DNA of 64,000 nucleotides from Phoronis australis (lineage: Eukaryota; Animalia; Phoronida), in contig NMRA01000386.1 in the NCBI GenBank assembly GCA_002633005.1, positions 15,184-79,183 on the forward strand, written 5' to 3'. Numbering within the stretch: position 1 is the first letter of the stretch; each line of letters starts with the position of its first letter. Below the pieces are notes generated by a model. It saw only the letters and a program-made list of their open reading frames with translations, ran no database searches and had not been told where the DNA came from. Positions 36,123 to 49,853 of this stretch are shown here, one piece after another. The position numbers and the translations under genes are program-made.

Positions 36123-37245
36123 TGTAATGGTAACCGCTAAGTCCGTTTGCCTCTGCAAGGAGGTAAACGCTTCCACTTTTCGCAGGGACGGGAAAAGAAT
36201 GTGAACTTGCTGTACGTGTCTACAAAAGAAAGTGTCTAGAAATGAGATTTGTTGCTTAAGTCAACAAAATGAAGAATTTAACAATTTTATACTAAAAAGA
36301 AGACTAATTAGACTGGTGAATAATTACAACAATGACCCTCATATTGGCACCTAAAAATTGAATTTGCTATTCTTGTTTTTCAGAGAAATGTGCATATTCT
36401 TGTTGTTGATTCCACACGGATTGCATCCCAAAACTCTAATTATCTGTCGTTATTAACCCTCCAAGGCAGGCCTTGTTGTCACGAGGCTCCAGCATGATAT
36501 CATGAATACGCAATAATTTATAGAAACAGCATAGCAGCTTTGGCGTTTCGATTTTGTTAGAATCAATGGTGTTCGTTCCGTTTGAATCCAGCATGCCTAT
36601 TCACCACTTGTTATTTGGTAAAATGAATTCACCCCAATTACGTTGCTTTGTCGTGAAGCTTGTTTTCGTCGTTTTTACTTGGGGAAATGCCATTTCTGAA
36701 GGTATATTGGTGTGTTGTGAAGTGAAACATTGGAAGTCGCCCTCATTGTTGTTGTCAACGTCGTTGGCGAGTTTTTTGTCGAAAAATTTCAGTTGCCGTG
36801 TATCAAGGGCGATGTCGTGGTGTTCGATGAAGTCCTTAGTATCACAGGTTGTGTTCAAGCAGGAAAGACATCATCTTCAGCAACCGTGATCGTCCTTGTT
36901 ACTATTGCCTTCATGATATATGTTATCTTATGCAACCAGTTTCGCTAGGAGGTGTTGCTCCTTATTTAAGCAGTATCCATCATTAATGCAGTCATGTTCA
37001 TGATCAACACCGTCAGCACTTGTTGACCCAGTGTCCAGGCATCATCTTTTTGACGATATCATCAATGCTTTTTCAGTGCAGTCGTCATCAGCGATGTCTT
37101 GGTCATTGTCGATAATGCGACAAATGATTTTTTTACTCCAAGCCCGTTGCTTTATCATCAAGTTTTTCTTATACGCACGCTACAGATTTTTGCATGTCTT
37201 TTTTAATCAGGGAGAAATTCTCACACCAAATTTTCAGAATATGGA
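36123..37245 (-). mobile_element. Possible decayed 3' part of an LTR retrotransposon (internal remnant, purine tract, LTR-like end)
   Basis: A stop-riddled long reading frame (includes ORF 36601..36858) ends near ggaggg (36462-36457), followed by ~330 bp ending ...ccattaca. No diagnostic protein motif. Confidence 0.3.
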
Positions 37246-37251
37246 CTGACA

Positions 37252-37703
37252 CCAAGGTACCTAAAGTACAAGGTTCACGGACTCATAAACACGGTCACGG
37301 ACTGATGAACACGATTCACAGACCTGCAAACACCGTCCACTGACTTAAGAGCACGGGAACAGACCCACAAAACACGATCCATTCACCCAATTATCAGGGG
37401 ACATGGACTCATATTCACGAGGAAACACGGTTAACGGACCGCCAAACACGGGTCACGGACTCATCGGCTTCCTGGGTCAGCTGATATCTACATTTTGTCC
37501 GTAAACCGTGGTTGGCGGTCCATTAACCGCGTTTCTTCGTGGATGTAAGTCCGTGTCCGTGTATTTTGGTAAATGGATCATATTTCGTGAGTTCGTTTCC
37601 GTGTTTGTTAGTCAGTGGACGGTGTTTGCAGGTCCGTGGGTGGTGTTAATGTGTTCGTGACCGTGTTTAGGACGCGGTTAATCCTGCAGTTTAGGTGCCT
37701 TGG
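37252..37703. mobile_element. Foldback/MITE with ~210-bp imperfect terminal inverted repeats
   Basis: ccaaggtacctaaagtacaagg... / ...cctgcagtttaggtgccttgg. Internal pairs include gacctgcaaacaccgtccactgact / agtcagtggacggtgtttgcaggtc. Confidence 0.85.
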
Positions 37704-37954
37704 ACACTGTTTTAATTGTATTGTTTTGTTTCGTTGTTCTGTTTAATTGGCATGACCCCTGAGAAGTACAGTGGTGATGTAATTTGCTTATTACAATATA
37801 GTGTGGAACTTTCTAGAAGACTCTAGTAATTAATGCAGTCTAGCATATTTCAGAGACTAGTTCATGTTTGTAGAATGATTGGGTAGATTCTGGAAAGTTC
37901 TGGCATGTGCTTGAATTGATGAAAAGTTCTAGAACGAAAAGCACGTAAGCAGTT

Positions 37955-38051
37955 AAAGAGTTGCAGTGAAGAGAACCAGCAGTTACAAAGAGAGTCAATA
38001 GAGAAAGAGTTGCAGTGAAGAGAACCAGCAGTTACAAAGAGAGTCAATAGA
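37955..38051. repeat. 49-bp tandem duplication within an LTR-like, tctaga-rich segment (~37780-38070)
   Basis: aaagagttgcagtgaagagaaccagcagttacaaagagagtcaataga occurs at 37955 and 38004. Confidence 0.85.
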
Positions 38052-40660
38052 AAACGGCAGGTTTTTTGAATCAGCGAGTGTAGCAGTTGTTGAAGTGTCC
38101 CAGAAATTCATCACAAATCAAGGCTTCGCAACACTGGCTGCAGCATAAACAGACACCACGTCCCACGTTTTGCTTGAGTGGGCTTGTGAATGTACGACCG
38201 AGATTAATAAAAGATAAACTCGAACCAGTCTTCAGTCTATCGTCGCACCGAAAGCTATGAGCACCAGTCTGTAACAACCTACGCCCACCCGCACACGGGG
38301 AAAACGTGACAAATATGCGTTTTGTAAATCGTTCAACGCCATTGAATTCCACATGAAGAATTTGGCATACCAAACCAGTGCAAGTGTAAACTTGTCGCTC
38401 CGTTGGCCAATGTTATTTAAGTGGGAGGATACATGACTCTTTGGCTACTCCGTGGCGTGTCTGTTTGCCGTGTCACAAATGCGTTGTTGCCAGTCGACCA
38501 AATCTCAGCTGCTCAATTGTCAAAGGTTGATGTGGATGGAAACACTGCACCCACCACAACGTGCAAAATTGACGCAAACTCACGCAATATGGAAGGCATT
38601 CTATACACGACAGAAATATTCTGACAACACTCAGAGTGTTCACAGGCAAAATGGCAGCCCCTGAAGTGAAAAAATGAGTCGGATGCTGAATCGAAAAAAT
38701 AAAAACCGTATATTTCCATTCATCTTCAAGGATTTTACGATGTATGAGCTGGCGTGTTACTAGCAATAAATTGGTTAAAAACTTACATCCATTAGTTTCC
38801 AGTTGAAATCCGCATTTGGATCGTTATTGAATATGCACCATGTGACATCTTCGAAATCACATGTCAAAGGCAGCTTGGGGCAAGGCAGCGGTCTCATCAC
38901 AAAACTGTCCAGTGCTATGTCGCCTTCGGCCGATATACCTTTAGTTCCAGTGATGACAAGCTACAAAACATCAATGATCGTAACTGAACGTTCTAAAATA
39001 AACTAACTGATCCTTGATAAAATAACCTCTTAACAAGCATTTATGTGTACGATACCAGCCTTGCATGTCTGCAGTCCGAAGGCTCTAGTGTCCGTACGTA
39101 ATATAGAACCTCCGGATTACAGAACCTTTGGACCAGAGAGCCTTCGGACTATCCTACCCGAGAACATCCTTTGGACTGTAGAACCTGTTAATGCATTTAC
39201 ACTGGTAGTTCTTCCTTTTTCATTTATTTTACACAGTTCGTGTTATTTTGGTGCTCATTTCAGCCCACCATAATTTCTTTGTGTAACGTGACCTCTCCCC
39301 CATGCTCGCTGTAGGACAGTTTTTTATAACAGCAAGTCATTGGGCTACAAGATGTGTAGTACTGAGATATTCAATCAGAGTTTTCGAGAGACACCACACC
39401 ATCATCTCCGTATCCCACCATGTATAAATCGGACTTGTATCATCACTGTTACCTCTCTGAGACATTTGCTGGAGGTATTAGTTTATCGTTGATTTTTTGT
39501 GAGCTCAATATTCGGTATTTAGATTGAAGGTTGTGCGCTTCTTAAAGCCCAGAGTATGTCTGACCTGCTCTCGGAATATCTTCTAGATTGTGTATCTCTT
39601 CACTGCGTCTCCAGTTGACATAATTTATGATTTTGTATACTAGCCATTTGTGCTGATAGTTCAAATTAAAGAATATTGTACAAGTGAAAAAGTCGCAGGT
39701 GAATATTGGACAGTTTATATTATTGTTTGAATAGCTAACAATCTTTCTTTCGTGTATTATCATTCGTGCCGTAGTTTGTAAAGCATGAATTGAAGTCAAA
39801 AGGCTAGCATTTGTTTTGTTACAGAAGACTGACTGAGAATTAAACACCACAAAGATACATGGTTGTGCAATCATCAGCTGAGCGCCGTGCTTCCCATTTC
39901 GGTCCATTAATCCCAGGATCTCTCTACACGGTGGGCACGCAACAGCTGGTAGATGCAGTTGCGTTGCAATTGGCCATTAATTCCTGGATCCATTTTAATA
40001 AACTATCGACCGTACGATTTTCTACAATACAACGACTGTTATTAATCAAAAAAGCAACTCACTAAACGAAGTCAAACTATAGCGGCCTTATTTTTGATTC
40101 GATTTGCATGACAGCTCTGTAACCCTTGAACTTTGATACACGAAAGTAGTAAACAAACTTCCTTGCGGTTGAGGTGGGTTTGCGAAATCGTTTTTTGTAT
40201 AGTAAAAATGAAAAATTTCTAATTTAAATATCTCTAGAAATGAAGATTAAAAATTCATCCAGACAGGCATTCAATAAGCTCCAACAATTACTATTTAGAA
40301 GTAAAGTGCTACATGTCTTTACGAGCTGTAATGAAATGGGACAGTGTATGGCATTTCCGCCATCTTTAGGATTTTAACGACGGTAGCTGCACTGTAGTCA
40401 GTCCGTGCCCAGAGCAGAACGTGCATTTATCTAGGTGAGTTACGCATTACAGTTAGAGCTCACCTATTGTACATGTAGCTGAAAAAGTTATCATTCTCAG
40501 GTATCTAAAGCACATACATACACATTTCAGTATGTTTGCACAAACTATTTCACATTGAAGATTTGTTTTATCATTGCTATCACGTCTTTCCTACACTGCA
40601 ATATTTACGCTTCGGCAAATGCACAATTATTGCGCAAACTGAGGTGTGTCATGATATAAC

Positions 40661-41777
40661 TGTCAGAATAAATATTGATTAAGTAATAAGTAAGAATAGA
40701 TCCATTTAAGTGGCCCAAAATTTGTGCATATGTACTTTTAAATCATGGGGTCAATTTGTTGGCAGGTATTTTAACGTCAAACTCTATTTTTTGATGGTGC
40801 TTACTACTTTGGTTCTTGAGTCAAATAACTCTAGAGACTAGAAATTTCTGACAGCAAATTGTAACAACCAATGATATGAATAGATATTATCACGTGTTTT
40901 TTATAAGCCAATCGCTATAATATGTGCTGAGGTTAAGAGGATATTCAGATGAACTATAGTAGTTGAATATAAAAGACTCGCTTTAGTGTACAGAGGAAAA
41001 TGGTACAACAGTGCCATCTCGTGGAAGATTCTAAAGAGGATCTTGGTAAGGGCGAGGGTTGAGGAACAGGAAATTAACTAAGAGCTTGTCACTTGCATCG
41101 AGGGTAGTAGTAACTCTACCCGTAATGTTGGTAATTCGTAGACTCTCTTCAAGAGTATGGCTATGTTAAGACATTTTGTGGTCTTCGGCGTCCCATTTTC
41201 GTTAAAGACTATTTAGAAGTCATAAAGTTAGACTATTTTTTAGTCTTTTAATTGTTTATGTTACTTCGTATTATAAATGCATTTATGCAACTCTTTGCAG
41301 GTTTTTGTTCAGAATTTCTCTATGAAACACGTTTTATTGAGTTTTTCGATTTATGTGTGAGTGTTCTTAAGTTTATGGTATACTGACACTTGTTATTTTT
41401 CTCTTTTCTCGGGTTTCTTATCCTATACGGTACTTTTGACATTTGAATATACTCAGAATTTACTGTTGCTGTACTCTAAGTGTCAAATGACTGCTATTTG
41501 GGTAAGGTTTTGGATTTTTTGTTGCTTCGGAGTGGTAAACATTTTTGCCACATTTGTAGTAGAAAATCTCAATTTCAATGCTGTGACCTTCGCATCCGTT
41601 ATTGGAGAACATTATATTTTTCTCAAAATTACATGTTGATAAAATTGCTTAAAAATAACTTTGCTAATATTGAAATAACATACATAGTGGCTCTTGAAAA
41701 TTTTATTTTTCGATTCATTCTTTATTGAAGGAGACAATCCTTGGTGCGTTTAATACATGCAAGCTCAACACGTTACA
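40661..41777 (+). mobile_element. LTR-like repeat (possible solo LTR); its first ~440 bp recur inverted at 54890-55328
   Basis: Homology starts sharply at TGTCAGAATAAAT. There is a TATA-like gaatataaaag at ~40965 and a candidate end ...cgttACA. I saw no TSD, so the right boundary is uncertain. Confidence 0.5.
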
Positions 41778-42929
41778 TTTGTACCTACCTTAGTTTTTTC
41801 GTTCGTCGACAGGTTTATTTCAGAGAATTGCCATGACGTGCTCTGGTGACCTGACTTTTGGAACAAATTGGTCTCGATTCCACTCTTCGTCACCATATTC
41901 AACAGAAGGCTCCCCATACGTCTAGAACCCTTCATATGCCATTTGAAGGAAAAACAATAATCACCAGCTGAAACAAAATCATTCAAGTAGCTAGTAGTTT
42001 ATCCAGAAAGCGAAGAACATTTCACACACAAGGACCAAGCTTTACAATTGACAAGCTTCAAGCATGTAATATGACTGTAAGACGTACTAAACCTTTCGTA
42101 AACTGAGTCAAAACTTAGTAAATCGCTGAAGTGTTTCGCCTATTGTTGCAGAATCGTCTGCCTACTACAGCAAATTGAAGACTGACCTGCACCACCGTAC
42201 ATGTACGCTATCTTTGATTCAATAATGTCTATTCAAGAAAGGTGGTTCACACACTGCACTGAAAATATAATCTCTTTCCGTTTTAGTGCGTCGTTGGTCA
42301 GTACGGAGAAAGAAAATGTGTCTGATCAGAATGTCCGTTGTCTCCGTAATTCTCACAGCTAAGTGATCTCAGTCAATTAAAATCTTGAATATCAGCATGT
42401 GGATGGTCAAATCTTGATTTACGAAGTAGCCGGGTTTTCCGAGTAAATTCACTTGCAACGAGTCTTCATTTAGTGTCTTCAAAGTCTCACCCACTGTTAA
42501 AAGTGAAGTTTACTATAATCAATTCATTGTTTGAGACCTATTTTATTGCAAACGTGACAAGAACTAAAGCGAAAACTTAGTCTAAATTATATTATTGTTA
42601 AATGTTTCTAGATAGAGAGTCTTTGAAACATTAACTAAAGCTTGGTTTCTGTTTACGTCTTAAGTTAAAAATTTGTATGTAGACTCGCTTTAGCAAACCA
42701 TACTGACTCGACTAATAGATATGCGTTGTTTAGAAATTGCAAAAGTGTTTTTTTAAGTGATATACATTGTGAACTAGCACGCGTAAGGTACTTTTACCTA
42801 CTGAAACCTTGAGTCAACTTTATACAAAACCTCCCTGGTTGCCTAGTTGCCTTTCACAGCTATCATGTTAGTTTTGAGCAACAAACGGCCCTAAACCACG
42901 GGCGACATTATTGTGCTGAATAAGGTCTT

Positions 42930-44600
42930 CAGTCTATGAAAGCAACTACTTTTGAAATATGTGATGCTACAGAGGCAGACGTAAAAAAGCAAATTGCCGT
43001 TGGAAGGCACACCTGTAGTCGAATCCGCGCATCTGACGTCAGGTTAAAAGGAATAGACTTGACAAATTGTGATCTCGCATGGGTTTTTTTGGATACAGCT
43101 GCAGATGCGAAAAAATCACTACGGGGCGGTTTCCGTAGGATCTTCTTCAAATCCACGGCAGTCATGTTCATCCCAGTAAGTTCAAATCATAATGGCCTTC
43201 TAAACAGTTTAGCAGATGCAATAGCAGATGGCAAAAGGGGACTCAAAAATAATTGACATGGCCACTAGGTGGCGCGGAATACGTCGAATCCATTACCGTC
43301 TATTTCCGTGTCATTTTACTTTTTTGCGGCCAAAGGGGGCACAGGGGCGGATCCTGGATTTCGAGTCAGAGGGCGAGGGCAGACTAGTAGCCAGGATTTT
43401 GCCAATCAGACATTAGCTCTCCTCTAAATCCGCTACTGTGGCAGAACCCTTGCCTGTAACCTTATATAGGGGGCCAATTGAGATGGAACTCGGCCAGAAT
43501 AATCATTAGATGGCTTTTTAGTCATACGCGTAGCGCTTGCGACGATGAAACTGTTCGAACCGTCATATTCTGAGAAAATACAAAGGACACCTTCAGAACG
43601 TACTGGTCTATGCATAGGCTGATCCAGGGGTTTAAGGGTCCGGACCCCCTCTTCCTGTGGGAATGTTAGTGATATCAAATCTATAATTTTCAAATTGTTG
43701 ACCCAGGCCCTCCATTTAAATATCGTTGATCCGAACCTCCCTTTAAAAATTCTAGTTTCCCCCTGTTACGCTTGATCTTGTGTCGTCTTAAAACTGAGTA
43801 CTGAAAATGATCTGTTCCCGCTCTAAAACTGCACACCACAGCGTCATATCGTACAAGTCTGCCATATTTTATAGTATTAAACCTGGATCCGACCAAGTCC
43901 AAAGTTAAACCTGGTTTAAGATCTTAATAAAGGTCTAAGTAATATATACCTAGTTTGTGAAATGAAAACTGACTTAGACCAGTTCTAAACTAGAGCTAAA
44001 CCAGATTTTACTAAACCACTGTTCTAAAAGTTAAACCACCTTTATGAAATGTACATTATCTTTAAACCTGGTCTAAGTCCACTTTAAACCAGATTTAACT
44101 TTAAACCACCTTTATGAAATCGCCTGCTGTAGTTGGATTGTTTTGAAACTCGTCGGTATCAGTTATAATCTCTGCAGAAACATATCTGCCAAATTCGACA
44201 AAGATTCTCTAAAAAGCGAGGAAGATACAGTTGCAAACGCAAAAAACTTGCTTGTCAACAGGGGTCGCCAGAGTAGTCGAACACCTTTGAAAATCAGTGG
44301 CAGCCGCGGTCATGAGAAACGCATCTGCATTGAGTGGTCTGGCAGATAGGAAAGTGAACGCGAAAAACGTTATCAAAATCAATTTAAAGTGCCACCAGCT
44401 GGCGCAAAATGCGTCAAATCCAAGACAGTATTCGAACTCGTTCAAAAAAATTATGTTCGCCGCTGTCTTCTCATCAACAAAACATCCGCCAACTTTCATA
44501 ATCATCCTTTATGTGGTTTGGCGGAGAGGAAGGAGGACGTCATAAACCTACCCAGTTTTTTTAAACTGTCACCACGTGCCGCAGAATACGCAAAATTCTT
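42930..44600 (+). repeat. Fragments of the CTCF-motif tandem-repeat family, interrupted by small MITEs
   Basis: atggCCACTAGGTGGCGCggaatacgtcgaatcc (43262) and gCCACCAGCTGGCGCaaaatgcgtcaaatcc (44392) resemble the unit at 21027. Between them lie a CAGGGGCGGATCC-type MITE (43341-43438) and ttaaacc repeats (43875-44125). Confidence 0.6.
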
Positions 44601-45054
44601 CCCAAAACGGGAATGCGTCACCGTTTCCTGCAGAGAAGCATATGTGCTAAATTTCGAAATCTATCAAGCAGCTCTAAAGGTAAACGAAAGAAATAAAATT
44701 GTTATAAGGGGACAGAATGGTAGTTTTCAGCTTCACAGAAACAAATCTGCCAAATCTCATAGATTGTGATTGTGCAAGGAATGTGGGGGATACTGCCGCG
44801 GAGCACAGACGCCGGACTCCCGGAAGCCAGGGCGCCCAGAGAGGGATAACTACAATATGTACCTGCATAGAAATCAGCGTAGCGTTATAAATGGAGTGGA
44901 GCAAGCACGTGCATTAAATATTGTGGGACAGTGTAGAATGTGATGACTCAACACAGGCATGAAGCACATGTCTCAGAATTGCAATCTGAATTATACTAGC
45001 TGAAAACATTGTTAGGACAATGGAAAACTGTCCAATATGGAACATCATACGTAC

Positions 45055-45178
45055 CCGGAAAGTGGCTGGTGGAAATTGTGGCTTTGGCGAAGTTTGAAAC
45101 TGAGGACACTTCCGTGTAGATGTAACGCGTATTCTGGTCTCCGGCGTCAGGACCTGTGCCTCCGGTTGGAGTGCTACC
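45055..45178 (-). CDS. CUB-MAM protein, MAM exon 2 (single copy)
   Basis: ttctatttccag|GGT...TTT CCG G|gtacgt, 124 nt, phase 0-1. GSTPTGGTGPDAGDQNTRYIYTEVSSVSNFAKATISTSHFP fits MAM G.Tps..TGP..d....g.YiY.E.S.....A.l.s. Confidence 0.93.
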
Positions 45179-48100
45179 CTGGAAATAGAACTAGTTGCTC
45201 ATAGCGCTTGGATTGGCATGCTTAGGCTCAATACTCGATTTATGAACCAAATAACTTTTATACAAATTTTAACTTTTGAAATTACTTACGATTTCATGTT
45301 ATTCATGTAAATGTATAACCATACTAGTTATACATGTGTATAACAAATTTCAAGACCGGTAGTACATAAAGTAATACTTTAAGTGAGAGTAACAGTAGAA
45401 CAGCGTCCGAGAGAACAGTTGAAATTGCCGTCTGCGTTCACTGATATCGGTCATGTCCCAAACTAACGTATTCAGTGTTATAAGAATTTGCTTTGCTTTT
45501 TTAATATTGTGGTATACCACGGTTTTATCAATCATCAAAACCGTCCCGCTCCTAATGGACACGGTTTGACGGAACGACACTCAGCGAAATAAACTAGACG
45601 TATGAGCACAGAAATGACGACGAAGACAAGTGCGATCTCATAGACCACGACATCGCCACCCAACATGTCAAAAACACCAAAAGTGTAGCCAGCCAGACCG
45701 GAAGTGTTTGGTGGCCATACTTATGCACCCACACCCGCGACAACGTTGTTGACGAGAAACCACGGTAGAAAACATAAATGATTTCGGCCTGATGAACTTT
45801 TGTTGTCATCATCATCAAACACTGAAGACGAACTTAAGAAAGAAACAGAGGCTTGTAGCAAAATTTCAATCGGCAAAGTAACCGATAAACTTTAGAGGAC
45901 TCAGTTGAAGAGGCAATCTAATCGCGTAGCGCTGGGGAGATCAATCATTATTTCAATTTTTATAAAGATCTGACAAATGACACCGGAGTTACGATTCTGA
46001 AAAGTGGAATTTTAAAACAGTTGTCGTTGCAGAGCCACGTTACATATGAGTCAATATTTAATTTAACAATTGTCGAAACAAGTCGTTTATGTCAGGTCAG
46101 CTCAACTGAAAATGTTGTACTTGTCCTGCAAAAGAAAGTATGGTCTAGAACCCCTAATGTTTTTATGCCGGAAGCAGATGCTGCATGCATGCAAGCGTGC
46201 CATCGTACAATCCTAGTCATCAGCTCCTCACGACCATTTGGGTAACGGTGTAAGTCGTACCGACAAATGAAAGACACATTCCAGAAAGCACTTGATGAGA
46301 TCATACACCACATCTGAGAAATCTTTAAAGGAACGCGGACTTAGAGCTCCACAAATGAAAAAAAATAAAAAAGGGATGTAAAAGCGACATCTAATAGTCC
46401 ATTTGGAGCAAATTTCTGATGAATAGTGTGTAAATTTTAGGATATACTAACAAAAGAAAAGCGAAGAGTCGGTCATCAAGTGAACACCCGTAAAATCAGA
46501 AATCTCGAGCAACTTGAGAACAGAAAGTTAGATCGAGCAACGGGTGATAGCCCGCGATGAGAAATGTCCACTTACAAAGTAACCAAGAAATCTTTCAAGG
46601 GAAGCTGGGTGTGCGACACGCGATACCAATAAATGAAATAGAAGTCCACAAAAACTTGGGACAAAAAGTAATTTAGATTCATGGATTTCTTGACAAGATG
46701 TATTCACATGTCAACTTTTAAAAAGATTCCTGAAAGGACCTCCGACATAGATCCCCGCGAGGCCAAATTTTGAAAATGGCCACCGAAGCGCACTCTTTTA
46801 TCGAATTCCGAAGATTGATATCGCATCAAAATTTCGTTGCCGCTTAACGAGATATGTGACCTGTAACGTGCATTCACCAGATCAACAACTTGGAGAATTT
46901 GATTTCATTTTGAAATGTAAAAACTTGAGAAAGCAAGCAACCTCACCTCGCGATAGAGGAACATACTTGACAAATTTCATTTTGTATGTAATGATAAGTG
47001 ATATTTACACCTCCACTTGCAAGGAAACCTTCCTATCGCGTAGAGTCCAAGGCATATACCGTTTGCACAGACGACCACAAGCATAATCATTGATCTATCT
47101 ACTCAAATATAGCGAATGGTTGTCTGATAACATTTGACACACGTACATGTATGTTAAGACCCAAGCGTTTCAGAAACTTAAAACCCCATTTAACGGTAGT
47201 CTGACACTTGTATTCTTACACATGGCAATAGAAAAACCCAAATAAAACCACTTAGAAGTATTTAATATTCGGAGAGTTGATATGCACCCAAAATGTGCAT
47301 TGCATACATCACAGATACTAGGGGTTAAAAGGAAATTTGCAAAAAAAACTTGCCAACAGGAACGTAATTGTCACCTTGTGATTCTTCAGCCAGTTTGCAG
47401 GAAGAGCCAAATGCTTTTAAAAGGAGGCAGATGCTTTCAGTCCCGTGATGATAACTTATATAATGAACGTTCATCAAGGAACTTTGAAGAAATCAGATGC
47501 GAAGGAAAATGCAACATTAATGCAAGATGTACTCTCTGCCATAGAAGCACATGCAAAATTCCACGGAAATCCACCCAGATATATTTTATATCAATTAGCT
47601 GAAACCTGGTTGGTATTGAGACACAGGCAAAAACGCAATTGCCACCAGGAGTGCCATAGCGGTCATGCCCGGTCAGTCTTGCTGTTTACAAAAGTGGTAT
47701 GCATGCCATTTTCTATGAAATATTCCAGTCATTCTAGGGCTCTAGACGGCCCAACCTAGAAAGAATTGCAACAGATTTTTTTTTAACATTCCTTCGAGCC
47801 CGGAAAAAAGTCAACCGAAATCGGAAGTTTGCTTTTTAAGATGGCGAAACCGGTGTTTACTGCCTTCTAGCATGTTACTCTGATGCAACAGCTGAAAATA
47901 AAACATTTAAGTTTGTTTTTGATTATATACTTTTCATAAAAGGCATACCAATCAAAAGAGTCTAATTTTCCGTAAAATAAAACCAATATGACTGACAAAT
48001 TGGTGGCTGACATGGCATTTTTTACAATTTGCCAGATTTCTCTTTATATTTTGCCCTGAAGATTACAAAATTTCTATGATTTTTTAAGTTAGACAATTGA

Positions 48101-48226
48101 AAATATTTGGACCTTACAGTTGGTCTCTAGTTGGAGAGAAAAAATCAAGATGGCTGACAAAATAGCGGCAAACTTACAAAACCCCAATTTACAACATGTA
48201 CACGACGTACGTTCTGCAAGTTCATT

Positions 48227-48580
48227 TGTAACCTGAAAGGGTTTATACAAAAACGTTTTACAATCTATAGTCAGGCTTAATGAGTTGATTGTTTATATAA
48301 TTTGTTTTTAAGATTTAGGTAATGAATGTGGAATTTTAATCACATAATGAGCTGTAGGAATTCTTTCTCAGTTGAAGGAGATTAGTTGCTTAAATACTGA
48401 TCGATTGATCAGACTGAGAATTACTAATTCGGACAGACTTGTAACATCACTAAAGAGAAGCCTAGTGGGATCTGTAAAAGCCCTTATAAACTGATTATAT
48501 TGCTACACATACCTTGATAAACCTTTCTCCTGTATCAACTGTTGCTGTATTCACTAGCATTTACAACTAACTGGAGGTGA
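48227..48580 (+). mobile_element. Possible LTR (TGTAAC...TTTACA) followed by PBS-like TGGAGG
   Basis: TG...CA ends, an internal TATA-like cttataaa, and tggagg a few nt downstream. No second LTR or coding sequence seen. Confidence 0.3.
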
Positions 48581-49589
48581 CACAGACGGTCAACTGGTGT
48601 GAATAGTAGATCGCATTTCTCAGGAGGAAACTGACCGTTTAGTCCACGCGAACCTGATATTTTTTAACCACAGAAGTTATTATTCGTTAAACAATCTTGA
48701 AAATTGTAGTCGTAATCATTAGAGCCAGACAAAAATTATTGTGAGGGTCGTGCTGACCTAAAAAACTCAGGAAATGAAATATGTAACGATGACGTGTCTG
48801 TGGAATCTGAAATTCTTGCATGAACCAACTATTTGGTGGCCATCTCAGAAAATGGTGAAAGTAATCATTAGAGACGGACGCAATGAGTCTCAATGGGTTA
48901 GTCGACCCAGAAAACCCGTGATGCAATGTTTGAAGCGAAGTTTGTGCGAAGTTGTGTTACTCAAAAATGTTGGCGGCCATATTGGAAAATGGCGGACGCT
49001 GTCACCACAACCAGGCAAAACTATTTCCAATGGATTTGTTGACCCACAAGAGATAGGTCAACCTCTTGAATTTTCACTCTGTCGCATTCCACTATCGAGT
49101 TATAATGATGGTCATCTGCAAATCTGGCGGCCATTTTGTCCGCCACATTGAAAAACCAACTTCCGCCACTCTGATTCCAGTAGACTATTTTCTCATACTA
49201 AGGCGTGTAAGAGGATGCAGTTTATGCAATAAAACCTTGTATTTCATTTTTTCCGGGTCATCCCTAGAATGACTGGACTAAGAATCGTTTGGCTGGTTTG
49301 GCCATTGTAGAAGTGATCACACAAAAATGACAAATGATAACAAAATTGACCCCATATAAGAAGGTGTTGTCGTCCCTATTACAGAAACCTTCATACCAAA
49401 TTCCATGAACATTCTCCAGGAATTCCAAAACGACACAACTGAGAACACTGTACAGCCGGACATTTCCTGAACCTCGCATAAATTTAAGCACTCGGGGAAA
49501 GGAAACTATCGTTTTAAATCTATCTGTTCTCTGATTTTGGTAAAGCTATTTTTTGATGTCTTGGAACGACGCTGCTTCAATTGTCTTAC

Positions 49590-49678
49590 GGAATGTGGTG
49601 TCCAATCGAAGTCGTCATCGGTCGCTTGTGTCCACCCGCAAAGTTCTCCGTCATCAAAACTGCACGATATCTCTACCC
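49590..49678 (-). CDS. CUB-MAM protein, MAM exon 1 (single copy)
   Basis: cgttttccag|GG GTA...CAT TCC|gtaaga, 89 nt, phase 1-0. (G)VEISCSFDDGELCGWTQATDDDFDWTPHS is a classic MAM start C.F....CGW.Q...DdFDW. Confidence 0.95.
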
Positions 49679-49853
49679 CTGGAAAACGAAAAGTACTGCC
49701 AAAATTCTCTTTTCGTCGAGTTCCACAGCATGTTATAAAGCTCAAATTGTTTATTGAAAAGAGTTTCTGTTTGGCATCGTTAGAGTCACACTGGCGCACT
49801 CTCCATAAACTTACTAGTATGTGAGACAGCACGTAATTCCAGACATCAGGGGC

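Noticed and set aside
38071-38800. Stop-riddled Cys/His/Trp-rich minus-strand frame, possibly a decayed transposase
   Set aside because: It has no motif I can assign with confidence.
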